DNA of 64,000 nucleotides from Cetorhinus maximus (Eukaryota): NCBI RefSeq assembly GCF_964194155.1, contig NC_135899.1, positions 31,806,001 to 31,870,000 of the forward strand, read 5' to 3'. Shown piece by piece: positions 1 to 13,039 of this stretch (position 1 is its first letter; each line of letters starts with the position of its first letter). The notes under the pieces were generated by a model. It saw only the letters and a program-made list of their open reading frames with translations, ran no database searches and was not told where the DNA came from. The position numbers and the translations under genes were made by a program.

Positions 1-452
1 GCATGCATAAATGGGTCTTTTTCGGATTGACAGGATGTGACGAATGGCATCCCACAGGGGTCTGTACTGGGGCCTCAGCTTTTTATGATTCACATCAATG
101 ACTTAGATGAGAGGAGTGAAGACATGGTAGCTAAATTTGCAGATGACACATGGATAGGTAGGAAAGTATGTTGTAAAGAGGACATGAGGTTGCAGATGGA
201 TATAGATAGGTTGTGAGTGGGCAAAGATCTGGCAAATGGAGTTTAATGTGGGAAATGTGAAGTTGTTTACTTTGGCAGGAAGAACAAAAAAGCAGAGTAT
301 TACTTAAATAGAGAACAGTTACATATTTGTGAGGTGCAGAGGGACCTAGGTGTTCTAGTACTTGAGTCACAAAAAGTTAGTATGCAGGTACAGCAAGTAA
401 TTAAGAAGGCTAATGTAATGCTATCCTTTATTAAGAGAGGGATTGAACATTA
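1..452 (+). mobile_element. CR1-type LINE ORF2 (RT) fragment
   Basis: Decayed GIPQGSVLGP..F...INDLD...AKFADDT RT motifs and following CR1 text. Confidence 0.85.
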
Positions 453-1676
453 AAGCGGTTGGATTTCAACTTAATCGCTGGATTGTTAATCCAGCACCAT
501 AGCAATTTGGCTGCCACCTGGAGACACATTTATTGAAATCTCTTTTAATGCCTTCTTTAAACATTTTTCCTGAAGGCCTCGGCCTTTCCCCAAAAGTTTG
601 GATTTGATAGTTTTGCCCAGTGCTGGGGCTGATAGCTGAATTTGGGATGTGCAGTCTGAGCGAGTGCAGTATATCTAATTTCCCAGGATAAACCAGAACC
701 CTTCAATCAGCTACACTGAAGCAATATTTTCCTTAACACATTGGGCAAGTAGTGCTAGAAGCTTTCTTCAAATAATTATGGAAAACAAGGGAGAAATTTC
801 AAAATTTGCTTTGACTTAACATTTCTCCTGAGTGTTTTTTTTGTATATAAATACATCAACAAAGGATAAAACTGGTCACCATGAGCATGAAAGGAGCTCA
901 TCGTGAATTGATAGCCCATTTTACACTCCGCCTGATGTCTTTTCCATTGCCCTTATGGTGCCTGGGAAGATGGGGTCTGGGTGCAGAAAAGAAAGTAGCC
1001 ACGTTGTCTGCTCCTGGTCACTATCCAGTGTCCCTGCTGGAAACAGAGGGTCTGTGACAGTCAAGTGAGGAAAAAGAAAAGGACTTGAATCTGATCCCCC
1101 AGACAGGGGAATAGTCGCTAACTGAGGAGTCAGCCTCTTCAGCAAAAAAGGAGAGGGAGTTGGAGGAATTCATGTTTCTTTATCCTGTTTTACAGATAGA
1201 TTGCACCGTACTACACCAGAGAATACAGAGAGGATAGACACCGCAGATAGATCCTGACCATCACCCAAAAAACAACTGCACAACTGTGGGAAGACATCCA
1301 GTCCCTTCACAGCATTGCTCAACACAGAGAAGGTTAGGCAGTGAAACCATCATCTGGAAATCGGTCGGGTCAGGGGAGCTTTGACATATCATCAGATCTG
1401 AAACTGGTCAGAGGTGTGGAGTCTTCCATCAGAGCCAGTTTTTCCCAAGGTTTGGCTGTGAGTGACCACTAGGGTGAGGCTGGGAAGAAGTTTGAATGGG
1501 CTCTAAGTGTGGTGACAACTTCAATCATTCATCGAACCTCATGAACCACTACCTGATTCCTACAGATAAGAGGCTGTTCAAGTAAGAGGTGCGTGGAGAG
1601 GGCTCCACAGCCTCATATTATCTCCTAAAACGCAAACTACGTCTGTTGTACAACTGTGAACTCCAAAGGAAGCCAC

Positions 1677-2708
1677 ATGGAAGACAAACAATTCAAGCAG
1701 GAGGTCTGCGACCAAGCGTACACACAGTCATCGATATTGATGAATGATCAAAGCATCCACACTGGGGCGAAAACGGTGATGTGTGAGGTTTGTGAGAAGA
1801 CTTTCCCTCGATCCTGTGACCTCCTGAAGCACCAGAGGATCCACACAGGTGAGAAACCATTCAAGTGTGAGGTATGTGACCAAGCATTCACACTGTCATC
1901 GACGCTTGTGAATCACCGACGCATTCACACTGGGGAGAAGCCCTTCAAGTGTGAAGTGTGTAATGAGGGCTTTGCACAATCATCAACCCTGTTGTATCAC
2001 AAGCGCATTCACACAGGGGAGAAACCGTTCACATGCGAAGTGTGCGACAAATCATTCTCCCACTCGTCATCCTTCCGAAAACATCAACGCATTCACACAG
2101 GGGAGAGGCCATTTAAGTGTGAGGTGTGTGACAAAGCCTTCACAAGTTCAACATCCTTCCTGATGCACCAGAGGAATCACACAGCAGAGAAACCTTTCAG
2201 GTGTGAGGTCTGTGAGATGGCCTTCGCCCAATCCTCTGATCTCCTGAGGCACCAGAGGACCCACACAGGTGAGAAACCATTCAAGTGTGAGTTTTGCGAC
2301 CGAGCCTTCACACGGTCATCAACGCTCGTGAGACACCGACGCACTCACACTGGGGAGAAGCCATTCATGTGTGAGGTTTGTGAGATGGCTTTCACCCAAT
2401 CGTCTGAACTCCTGATGCACCAGAGGATCCACACAGGGCAGAAACCCTTCAAGTGTGAGGTGTGTGACCAAGCTTTCACACGCTCAGCGACGCTTGTGAA
2501 TCACCGACGCATTCACACAGGGGAGAAACCATTCAAATGTGAGGTGTGTGACCAAGCCTTTGCACGGTCGTCAACACTCGTGAATCACCGACGCATTCAC
2601 ACAGGAGAGAAGCCGTTCATTTGTGAGCTGTGTAATGAGAGCTTTGCACAATCATTGGCCCTGCTGAATCACCAGCGCATTCACACAGGAGAAACCATTC
2701 ATGTGTGA
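1677..2708 (+). CDS. C2H2 zinc-finger array protein, 11 intact + 1 degenerate finger, C-terminally truncated by frameshift
   Basis: ATG at 1677 (MEDKQFK, homologous to MEEKP starts of the paralogs); CxxC-x12-HxxxH repeats with TGEKPF linkers; ends TGETIHV* where the [11 protein letters not shown] text continues out of frame. Confidence 0.9.
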   Translation: MEDKQFKQEVCDQAYTQSSILMNDQSIHTGAKTVMCEVCEKTFPRSCDLLKHQRIHTGEKPFKCEVCDQAFTLSSTLVNHRRIHTGEKPFKCEVCNEGFAQSSTLLYHKRIHTGEKPFTCEVCDKSFSHSSSFRKHQRIHTGERPFKCEVCDKAFTSSTSFLMHQRNHTAEKPFRCEVCEMAFAQSSDLLRHQRTHTGEKPFKCEFCDRAFTRSSTLVRHRRTHTGEKPFMCEVCEMAFTQSSELLMHQRIHTGQKPFKCEVCDQAFTRSATLVNHRRIHTGEKPFKCEVCDQAFARSSTLVNHRRIHTGEKPFICELCNESFAQSLALLNHQRIHTGETIHV

Positions 2709-3265
2709 GATGTGTGACAAATCATTCTGAGTCATCGTCCCTCTATTTACACTTTCACACAAGTGAGAATCCATTCAATTGTTAGGTGTGCAACAAAGCT
2801 TTCACAAGAGTCATTGTACCTCCTGCTGCATGAGAGGGCCCACACAGTGGTGTAATCCTCTGAGTGTAAGATTTACAATAAAGCTTTCATTACATCTTCA
2901 ATCCTCCTGGGACACCAGCGGATTCACACAGGGGAGAAACTTCAGGTGCAATGTTTGTTAGACAGCTATCAACCACTCTTCCAATCTCGTGAAGCACCAG
3001 CGCACCCACACCAGTGAGAAACTATTGAGTTGTCAAGTGCGTGACAAGGCTTTCACGCATTCAGCGTATCTCCTGGTCCCTCAATGCACAGGGAAGAAAC
3101 CCTGTCGGTGTGAGTTCTGCAATAAAGCCTTCGCTCAGTTTTCGAACCCCCAGAAAAACCAGCAGATCCTCATAGGAGACAAACCCTTCCAGTGTTTGTG
3201 CCAAGATTCTTTCACTGACTCTTCCTCTCTCGCCATACACCAACGTCTCCATATGGACTTGGAGC
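2709..3265 (+). pseudogene. Decayed zinc fingers 3' of ZNF copy 1
   Basis: Finger/linker text with stops and frameshifts (e.g. KHQRTHTSEK, CEFCNKAF, HQRLH). Confidence 0.8.
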
Positions 3266-3889
3266 CAGTCACCGGCTTCAGTAACACTGAGTTGTCTGTT
3301 GTTTATCCACCAGTTCTCATACAGGGGAGCTGTCTTTCCAAAGCTCTGTCTGTCTCAGCAGTGTCTGTTTCGAACCTCCCCCACCATCAGTCCAATAATT
3401 TCAAGAAGGCCAATGTAACCTTTGACCAGATCGCAAAACATCACCAAAAGAAGACATCAATATGTATAAAAGCTCCTGTATAAACTCAGCATCCTTTCAG
3501 TGCAGAGTCAGGTACAAGTCACTCACTGACTCTCACTCTGGCTAAGAAGACAATCAGATACTTGGTGGTTAGAAAGGTTTCAGCTTCTGACCTTCCAGCA
3601 CAAGCACCCAGGGGAGGGGCCATTCCTGGGGTAGTAATGGAGGGACTTCAATTAGCCATAGTATCTCTGGTCTATGGAAGGGAATAATCAGCCAGGAATC
3701 CCATTCCTCATCAGCTGGGAAGTCAGGGGGAGGGCAGGATGTGTCTCGGCTGTGACAGTCTTCATTGTCTCAAAACATTCACTGTCTGGGTCTACACATG
3801 CTGAATGGCCCCTCGAACAGAGTACTAGAGGCCAATCAATGTCCACAGTCTGTACTCCAGGTCAGTAGCTTGAGGATTGGAGGGAATGT

Positions 3890-4560
3890 GAGAGGACAAC
3901 TGCTTGTGTTTATAGAGCACTTTAATATAGTCAAACATCCCAAAGTGTTTCATAGAGACGTAATCAGGGAAAAATTAACACCAAGACAAGGAAGGAGATA
4001 TTAGGAGGGGATGACCAAAAACATGGTCAAAGTGGTGGGATTTAAGGAGGGAATTCTAAAGCTTGGAGTCTGGCTGTTGATGGTAGGGTGAAGGGTGAAA
4101 AGAATGGAGCTGGGGGAATGTACTAAATGACAAAATTGGAGGAGTCCAGAGTACTTGGAGGGAAACGAGGTTAGAGGTGACAAAGATAGTGAGGATTGGA
4201 GGCAGTGAGGGCTATGAACCAGTGTAGGTCAGTGAGCACAGGGGTGATAGGTGTGAAAGTTAGGATAGAGACCACTGAGCTGGTTTATGGAGGGTGGAAG
4301 ATGAGATGCTGGACAGGAAAGCATTGGGATGGCCTAGTCTAGTATGGAAGCAACAACAGCATGGATGAGGATTTCAACAGATGAACTAATGCGAGGGTTG
4401 GGGATGTTAAAAATGGGCGAAGAAACAGAGGGGGAGGTAGGCGATCTTTGTGATGGAGAGGGTTGTGGGGTCGGAAGCTCAGCTGGAGGTTGAAGAGGAT
4501 GACACTAACCAATTGTTGTTGGAGATGAGAGTGGAGAGAGCAATCAAGAGGAATTTAAGG
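3890..4560 (-). mobile_element. L2-type LINE 3' fragment
   Basis: Reverse-complement L2 tail and RT text; the paralogous segment 22660-23320 gives LADLHWFPVPQCLQFKIL. Confidence 0.65.
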
Positions 4561-5125
4561 AATGGAGGAACTGGAGTAATTCCTTGAGCCCGTTACACAT
4601 TCAATTAGATCATGGCTGATCTTTATCTTAACTCTATCTACCTGTCTTGGCTCTGTAGCCCTTAAGCCCCCTGCCTAACAATAAACCTATCAATCGCAGA
4701 CTTTAAATTTTCAGTTGACCTCCAGCCTCAACAGACTTTTGTGGGGAGAGAGTTCCAGATTTCCAGTCCCCTTTTTGTGAAGAAGTGTTTGCTGACATCA
4801 CCCCTGAACAGCCTGGCTCAAATTTTAATGCGATGCCCCCTTGTTCTGGACTCTCCCACCAGAGGAATAGTTTCTCTCTAACTACTCTATCAACTCGAAC
4901 ACCTCAATTAGATTACCCCTTAATTTTCTTCATTCAAGGGAATACAAGCTCAGTCTGTGCAACCTATCCTCATAATTTAACCCCAGGAACATTCTGGTGA
5001 ATCTACGCTGCTCTCCCTCCAAGACCAATATATCCTTCCTGAGGTGCGGTGCCCAGAACGGAACACAGTTCTCCAGATAGGGTCTAAACAGAGCTCTGTA
5101 CAGCTGGAACATAACTTCCACAAGG
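4560..5125 (-). mobile_element. CR1 LINE 3' fragment
   Basis: ORF 4930..5121(-) [25 protein letters not shown] is the CR1 ORF2 C-terminus; paralogs at 23340-23890 and 48528-48770. Confidence 0.85.
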
Positions 5126-6269
5126 ACACAGTTGGTTTTGGGGAGGAGAAGTTGTGGGTTATCTTTTCTCTTCAGGATGGTCCAGGAGTAATGAGCAGTT
5201 TTGGTAGAGGAAAGCTTGTGCTTGTCAGATTTGGCGAATGATGGCCAGACCAGTTGTGCAATCGATAAGCTTAAAACTTTAGCCCTTGGACTTGAGAAGC
5301 AGGGAGATTAACCAGGAAGGGAGTAAAGGTAATGTTAAAAACAAGAATGTAGAAGCTGGATACGAGGGAGTGGTTAAACCAGATTGACGGCTACAGAAGC
5401 ATTGTGGTGAATGGAGGGTCAAAGGGTAGAGAGTTGGGAATTAGAAAGCGCTGTCCAATTCACCTGGAGGAAAAATGTCTTCCAGGAATGGAAACTGACT
5501 GGTCCTTGGACCCATGTGACTCCTGGATCTCAGTAACCATAGGTGGGCTTATATGATGGAACTGAGCTCTGTGCTGTGCTACAAAATTTCTAAATTTCTA
5601 ATCTTCAGAATTGGGAGCTAGACTAAAGCACTGGGATTTTAAAGAAACATCTGTCTGTAGTACTCGGAGAGACTTCTCCTTGATGTCAGTGTGTGTGTGT
5701 GTTGGTAAAGTGATCTAGCTCCCGGGTGTATGGAGTAGAATCAGACCCTTCTTTAGTTGGCGATATCCTCTTTAGGTAATGGGTGTTTGACTAATACCAC
5801 AGGTAATGTTTGTACTCTACTGTCGAGGAAGACGACTAGCTTGAGTATGGTGAGGTGAGTCTCTAAAGACCTGAGTTCCCTCAGCCTATCATACCTCGAT
5901 GTAATAACAGTGTGATATGTTCACCATACAGTCTTCCAAGATTCATTTCATATTTGGGGAAAGATCCTGATCATTTTCAAATGCTTTGTTATTTTGGTTG
6001 ATTCAAAGTTTGGTGCAGGCTGAATATTGTGTTGTTCTCTGCTATCAGTTTTCTGTATAGTTTTGTAACCCAAAATAAATTCACTTTTTAGTTCAACCTA
6101 AACTATCTGATTTGTCAGTATAGTGTGTTCCTATTCACTGAAACACTCAGGAGCCTACAGTGAGAGTCCTATTCACAATCTATTGGTCAGTGTCACTGTG
6201 GGCTGGTATACTTTTCCCATTAAACAGTTGATAATTTCCAGTTCACAGGAATCATAATGTTTCCCTGAG

Positions 6270-6840
6270 AAAAAGACTTGCATTTATGTATCGACTTTCA
6301 CAAACACAAGGGCTGGAATTTAACAGCCTCTTCCCTCCCCCCCCCGACCCCACACCCACAATGGGCCCCCCCCTGGCAGGGCTGGTGAGCCATTAAAATG
6401 TCCATTCACATCACTGGGACCAGAAAATCCCACCGGCATTAGGGACTGGAAAATTCCAGCCAAGGTGTCTGAAGGAAGCCAATGTAAATGTAGTGAGAAA
6501 CGAGGCACCTAATTTGCACACAGCAAGCTCTCACAAACAATAATGTAATAATGGCCAGATCATCTGTTTTTGTGATGTTGATTGTGGGATCCATGTTAGC
6601 CAGGACATCGGAGATAACTCCCCTGCTCTTCTATAACACAAGTGTCATGGAATCTTTAACGCTGACCTGAGAGGGCAGAAAGGGCCTTGGTTTAACTCAT
6701 TTGAAAGATGGTACCTCTGACAGTGGAGCACTCCCTCAGTACTGCACTGGAGTGTCAGCCTCAGTGCTTAAGTCTCTGGAGTGAGGCTTGAACCCACAAC
6801 CTTCTGACTCAGAGATGGGAGTGCTCACTAAGTCACGGCT
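6270..6840 (-). mobile_element. Deu-domain tRNA-derived SINE (SacSINE1/AmnSINE-like)
   Basis: gcacacagcaagctctcacaaac..taatggccagatc Deu-domain text and reverse tRNA-like head (cttgaacccacaaccttctgactcag); similar copies at 11790-12140, 26610-27050, 49935-50345. Confidence 0.7.
6311..6461. mobile_element. Harbinger-type MITE
   Basis: Perfect 11-bp TIR GGCTGGAATTT/AAATTCCAGCC, 3-bp TSD AAG; absent at the paralogous sites (~26650, ~49965). Confidence 0.8.
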
Positions 6841-9139
6841 GACAACTCTTAATATTTCTGTTCTATTAGATTCAGTTTCTAAGGGGTTAAGTCCCAAGAC
6901 TGTGTACAGAATGCTTTTCCCCTGTAAACTGGCAGCCTGAAAGTTTGATTTAAAGTGGTAACTAGTTAGTGCTGCAGGTGTCAGTGTTGTCTTTATATCT
7001 GGGTTCCTGAAGCTGTGAAAGGTGGTAAAGTCCCTGGTGTCAGCTGGAATGGACATCTGAAGGGATTGTCTTCAATCAGTACTGCTGATTAGCCATTCTG
7101 CTTTCATTCACTCATGAAAGTTCCATTGTTTAACAGTCTGTCAGAAATAAAACTTGAGAAATAATCCACTTTTGCCAAGGAAGGTTAAACTTGGCCTTCA
7201 TGATATTCTTGAGCTTGTTTTCAAATCTCCCCAAGACTTCCTGCACTTGAGTGTCAGCCATGTTTTTTTGAGTTCAGATCCTGGAATGGGACTTGAACCC
7301 ACAACCCTCAGACTCAGAGAACAAGGTTGTGTAGGTTCAAGTCCAACTCCAGATGGTTTATTCCATGATCATTGATTAAAGTTGTTGCTGGGGCCACATG
7401 AATAATTCCTCAGGCTCTGGGCTCCGTATACATCTCCCACCTATCAGTTATTGAAACACATACATGTAAAATGAGTGAAGAAATCATCCTGTAGTTGTTT
7501 ACATACTGCATTGATCATGAAGCCAATCAGATAAAACAGCTTCAATTGGTCATACCCATTTTTGTAAATGTTTAGTTTAGTAAAACTCCTTAAACAACTG
7601 CAAGTGCACAGGTTATAGCCGCGGGTTTACACTAGTTTACGTTGGTTTTATCTGCGTAATCCAGCTGAAATTGACTGTAGCAGGAATTTTAAATGTAACT
7701 TACCCTGTTTTTATGATGCCAGCTGATGTTACTACTGAACAAGACAGATCCTAGGGTGGAACCTATCTTGATAGATCCTAACTTTTATTTTTTGTTTAGG
7801 TAGGGAGTGGCTACTGAACAGAGTCACAGGAGTCAGCTGATGAACTTTTAACACAAGAATAAAACATGCATTAAACAAAAAAAGATGAACCAAATTACAA
7901 TATTCCTTCACCCACACTATACAAATCTGTATATTTCTACAAAGATAATGATAACTTAAGTTACAAAAGCTATCTTATGTTCGCAGTAAGTACACAGTCC
8001 ATGTAAACCAATAGGCGACCTGTGGTCATTACAGACCACACTCTGAAACCAAGTGACAGATACCACCCCAAACAGATGCTATGGATCTCTCTTCAACTTT
8101 TCCCAGACGCTTGTCACACCATGAGCCAACCGGTCTCACTGAACTCCATCTTTCACACGAGGGTTTCCAATCTCCGCTCTCCAAGAACTTGTTTTGGAAT
8201 CTTCTCCCAAAGCGACACTTTCTCTCAAAAGCATTCTGCAAGGGTTCACCTCCAGGGTTTTGAATTCTCCTTCCAATGTTCCTCCTCCACCCCCCCCTCT
8301 TGATCGGAACCTACACATGCCTGCGTAGGCAGCTCGGTGAAGACTATTTTAATTGCTGGCAACTGTGACTCTTGGGTAGGTGTTGGAAGACCTGGAAAGA
8401 GGAGGAGGTAGCAACCAGAAATGGTGGCGACAAGTGTCCCAGCAGCAGCCCGTGTTTTCATTGCACTCCTTCACATCCTGGCTCTGTGTTCAGGCAGATG
8501 GTTTTACTTTTTCTGGTAGAGAATGTCAGTGGCCCCTTTCAACAATGTTGCTTAAGTTGTTTTGTCATCTTTAACAGCTGCAACCAGGGCAAACCAATTG
8601 CATAAAGGGAGCATAACATAGGCTCGGGGCCTCTTATTGGTGGATGCGAAGACACTAATCCTGTTTGAGGCACAGGCACTGGGTGCCTCTTTTGATACTT
8701 ATACCAATATTGCATGTGGATGTCTGCCTTAGATTGTGCGTGTGTGTGTGTGCACTGCCTGTTGTGTTGGACATCTGCAAAACAGGTGAGTCACCATCAA
8801 TTTAACTGAATATCAAAAAATGTCCGGTTTTTGGACAGCCAAATTTTGGATAATGTACCTGTATAACCTCAATAATATTGTATGGAGTTTCTGCTTTGTT
8901 TTTTCAACTATGAGAGAGTTTAAAATGGTGAACTTTCTCTTAATCCTCTCATCTTTATAATACTAGAGGAGGTCAGAGAGATAGGAGAGAGGACGAGAAG
9001 GAGAGATAGGATTAAAGAGGGGTAGGAGAGAGGATGAGAATGAATGAGGAAAGATAGAAAGAGAGGAGAGGAAATGACACTGCAGAGTAAATTTAATACA
9101 ACACTCAGAGAGCAGCAGCAGAGGTCACTGGAGTTTTAT

Positions 9140-10570
9140 AGAATAGCTGCTTCCCCAAGATGCTGGGATTGATTGATAACACTCACATGGCATTGAAGGT
9201 CACCTGAGGAGACTCACAGAGTTACCTGAACAGAAAGCAATTCCCCTCCTTCATGTAGTGTGTAATGTCCGTCTGAGAATACTCCATACGAACGTCACTC
9301 ACTCTGGATCATCCCACAATTCTTTCATTGTCAGGAACTCGGACATCAGACCCATATTCGGGGAAGGGGAGTGACCTGATGGTCAGGTGATTAGGGACAA
9401 GGTCCATCCCTTCCTTCCGTGGCTGATGCCGCCATTTGATGCACAACACACTGAGGAGGAGGTGTTGTTTAATGACGCCCATATCTCTTTGAAGCAGCTG
9501 TTATGATATGGCAGGTGGTATTTGGCAGGCTGACCGAATCCACAAGGGAAACTTGGCCACACTATCACAACGATTTTGCAATTTGTATTTGTTAGGAGAA
9601 GGCTTGTGTACTGAAGTCAGAAGTAATGAGTCCAATATCACCTTTAGAGATTTCAAGATTAAATTAAAACATTAACAAAAGAAGAAAAATCTTAAGCACA
9701 AGCAAGGTTACAGCCTCACAGTTATAACATTTCACAAAATTGCTACTTAACCAGACTGCCAACTACACACCCCTTTAAGACAACAGTCCAAAGTAGTTTT
9801 TGAATTTATAAAGGCATTCAGAAATACTACCACAAGCACCCACGCGACAATTGATTTCCAAAGACTTTTAACACAACTTTGGTTACTGGAACAGCCAACT
9901 TCTGCAGGATGGCTGGAGGCTTTTTTTCCCCAAGTCTGTTTCACCCGGTGCACCTTCAAAATCTCACACAGCCTTGCATCCTTCTTTAAATACGTTTCTC
10001 CCTTTTTGATCTGTAAATCCGGTTGCTTCGGTTGTCTTTAGAAGTTACTTTTCCCAGAAGATAACAATCTTTCATGTTTTTATTATGGCCAACACTTTTG
10101 GGAAAAATAAATGTAATCACTTTGTTACAACTGGCAAGATAAGAAAGGCAATCTTATCATGTCTCTTTGAAAATCAAACACCTTTCCCATTTATCTAAAA
10201 ATGCAAATTTCATTCACACTGTCTGCTGAGACTTCACTTTAGTTTACTCATCTCCATTTCAAATGCCTGTTTTACACCTAACTTCTTTGATAATTTAAAC
10301 CTTGCAGTCTAATCATCTCTAGTTTAATTAAATTAGCCACACACATTGAACCATACACACACACAAACATAAGCCTGTTTTAAAACATCCCACAGTAATA
10401 TTAGGAAAAATATGATAGCTTTGTTACACAGCTCACAGAGAGGAGCTAGTGGGGGAATGTTGAAGAACTGTTTCAGGTACTGGCTACACCTGTAGTATTC
10501 GCCACAGAGAGAGAATGCCCACAATGATCCTAGTCTACTACATGCTGAACAATATAACTGTCAAACAAGG
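9140..10570 (+). mobile_element. Harbinger (HARBI1-like) transposase remnant, interrupted by a solo LTR
   Basis: Manual translation FPKMLGLIDNTH..YLNRKQF..SGSSHNSFI..RDKVHPFLPWLMPP..FNDAHISLKQ|LTERS..MLKNCFR matches the Harbinger DDE motifs GAIDCTH/PGSxHDS/GDxGYP/IERxIG. Confidence 0.8.
9499..10428. mobile_element. Solo LTR
   Basis: TG...CA termini (TGTTAT...GTTACA), 4-bp TSD CAGC at 9495-9498 and 10429-10432; transposase text resumes across it. Confidence 0.8.
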
Positions 10571-11144
10571 TCTAGACTGGGACAGCCCAGCAGATGAACT
10601 GGGAGAGGTGAATGGACCGGGACATCCTGGGAGAGGGGACCCCTGGACAGGGCAGGACTGTCAGACATGAACTCACAGGGCATAAAACTTACACAATGAG
10701 CCCCACCTTACAGAGTCATTCTCTGAGCACTGGGTCATTCTCCTCTCTTCTCTTGTGCCCCTCTCTTCTGTCTCCTTCTCTCCTGTGCCCCCTCTCCCAT
10801 GCCCCCTCTCTCCTGTGCCTGTGTTGATCCCACCACTGCACGTCATCGCTGCCTTGGATGCTGTGGGTCTTCCCCTTCTGATCTGCTGTTAAACACATCC
10901 GAGGCCAAACATCCCACACTGATGTTGTCAGTTTGAAAGACTCCGAGGATGAAGAATGTTATTCCCACACTAGAAATCTCTGTCAAACATTTACCGGGGG
11001 AACTGAGACAGCAGCTGCAATAAGTGAGGTTTTATTCAGATGGGACAATGACAAGTTTAAATCCCCACCTGATCTGCTGCTCAAAGTCGCCTCCGTTACA
11101 CCGGTCAGTTTCCCAAACTTCAGGAAACTCATGTTGGTCCAGAA

Positions 11145-11272
11145 ATATTTGGATTGGCTGTGAGAGACGTCAATCAGAGAGCCCCACCCACTCTGCCCAT
11201 TCCCTCCCCTTCCTGTTCCACAGCTGCTTCACTTCCTGTAGGGACTCAAAACCAACTCAGGACATGGTGAGT
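11145..11272 (+). promoter_or_regulatory. Promoter and first exon of ZNF copy 2 (exon ends ATG|GTGAGT)
   Basis: ATTGG (11153), GACGTCA CRE-like (11166), CCCCACCC, ETS CACTTCCTG (11230), ATG 11264-11266 then donor GTGAGT; homologous to 31765-31888. Confidence 0.65.
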
Positions 11273-12399
11273 GAACGAACACAATTTATAATAATTACAT
11301 CACATAATATCCACACTAATCTTCAGGCAGCCTGACTATCCTGTGGGGAATCAGCTGTGGAAATGCCCCTTATGCTGTGTGAGAACATCCAGCTGAGAGA
11401 GCTGTTTACTCGGTGCTTTGTGCTGAACTGTTTGCCTGGAGCTGTGTGTTGGATATTGAGTGTGTTTATTGGAAGCATTTCCCTTCTGATTTACAGGCTG
11501 ACTTTTGTTGATGGCTCATTACTGAATATGAGAAGGTGAGGTGTAATTATCTGGGAGGTGCAGAGTGTCTGAGGATTCTTACTGATTTCCTATTGTTGAG
11601 TTCTGTCTGTGTGTGTCGGGAGCTGGTTATTATCCTGTGGACTGTGAATGGTCAGTTCAACCTGTGTGTGGGGATCTGGATGTTTCCTGTCTTTTCAAAT
11701 CCCTCCCAGACCTCCCAACACCCTCGCCCTCCCCCACACACACCCCCCTCCCCTTCTCTGTAACCTTCTTGGTTAAAAAGACAATAGCCAGATGTCCCAA
11801 AACACTTTAGAGCCAATGAAGTATTTTTGAAGTGTGGTCACTGTTGTAATGTAGGAAACGTGGCAGCCAGTGTGTGCACAGCAAGCTCCCACAAACAGCA
11901 ATGTGATAATGACCAGATAATCTGTTTTTCATTGGTGTTGATTGAGGTGTTAATGCTGGTCTGGAAACCAGGGATAACTCCATGTTCTTCTACAAAACAG
12001 TGCCATGGAATCTTTTACACCCACCTTAGAGAGTGCAGGAGCAGTTTCATTTGAGACCTGAAAGACGACACCTCTGACAGCACAGCACTCCCTCATGACT
12101 GCACTGGAGTTTCAGCCTCAACGCTCCGCTCCGGGAGTGGGACAATGTTAAAGATACTATAGAAATCCAAGATGTTGTTGTTGCTGGACAGCACAGTGGC
12201 CAGCTCCCTGATTCAGGATTATATTGAGCTTCATGTGTTTAACCAGACCTTCCTTACTTCAGGTTTTACAGCCAGCTGTTCCAGAGGTTAATACTGGAGT
12301 TCAATGTGACCAGCTGAAGAGTTGGGTAAATGCTCAGAAGTGAGGTTATGCTTTGAAATTGATGCGTAGTGAGGGGGTGAATGGAATCTGATTTGATGT

Positions 12400-12637
12400 A
12401 GAGAAATGTAACTCTTTCGAGTTATCAACAGTCACAGATTGTAACTCTTTCCAGTACATTCACAGTTCTTGGTTTCCGGGAGTGGGACATGAACCCACAA
12501 CCTTCTGATTCAAAGAGAAATGTAACTCTTTCGAGTTATCAACAGTCACAGATTGTAACTCTTTCCAGTACATTCACAGTTCTTGGTTTCCGGGAGTGGG
12601 ACATGACCCACAACCTTCTGATTCAAAGAGAAATGTA
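12400..12637 (+). repeat. Two tandem ~114-bp copies bounded by three AGAGAAATGTA repeats
   Basis: AGAGAAATGTA at 12400, 12514 and 12627; the unit is the reverse complement of 41880-41983. Confidence 0.85.
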
Positions 12638-13039
12638 TGATGCACTGCTTTGTACTGTTTCCTGATCATTCAGCTGTCTTGTGTAACTGAAAACAGCTGC
12701 TTGGTTTGTAGACTGCATCTTGCTCATTAAGACTATCCATTCAGTCTGTCTGTTAGAGAGAGGCTGAGGTGGTCTGGGGTATGTTCAATGAAGAATTTTG
12801 GAGAGGGTACAGAAGAGACTTACGAGAATGTTCCAGGATTGAGGGATTACAGTGACGTGGATAGACTGGAGAAGCTGGGATTGTTTCCCTTACAGCAGAG
12901 AAGGCTAAGAGGAGATTTGTTAGAGATGTTTAAGATCGTGAAGGGTTTAGACACAACAACTAAAGAGAAACTGTTTCTAATGGTCGTAGGGTACTCCTGT
13001 AAGACACTCCTTAAAATCTACTTCTTTAAGTTTTTGATC

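Larger units (their letters stand above)
455..7700 (+). repeat. Segmental duplication unit 1 (ZNF duplicon; 5' part outside window)
   Basis: Colinear homology to ~16520-27990 and to ~33050-36560 plus 48528-51120. Confidence 0.9.

Noticed and set aside
7706-8320. Possible additional LTR fragment starting TGTTTTTATGATG
   Set aside because: No matching CA end or TSD identified
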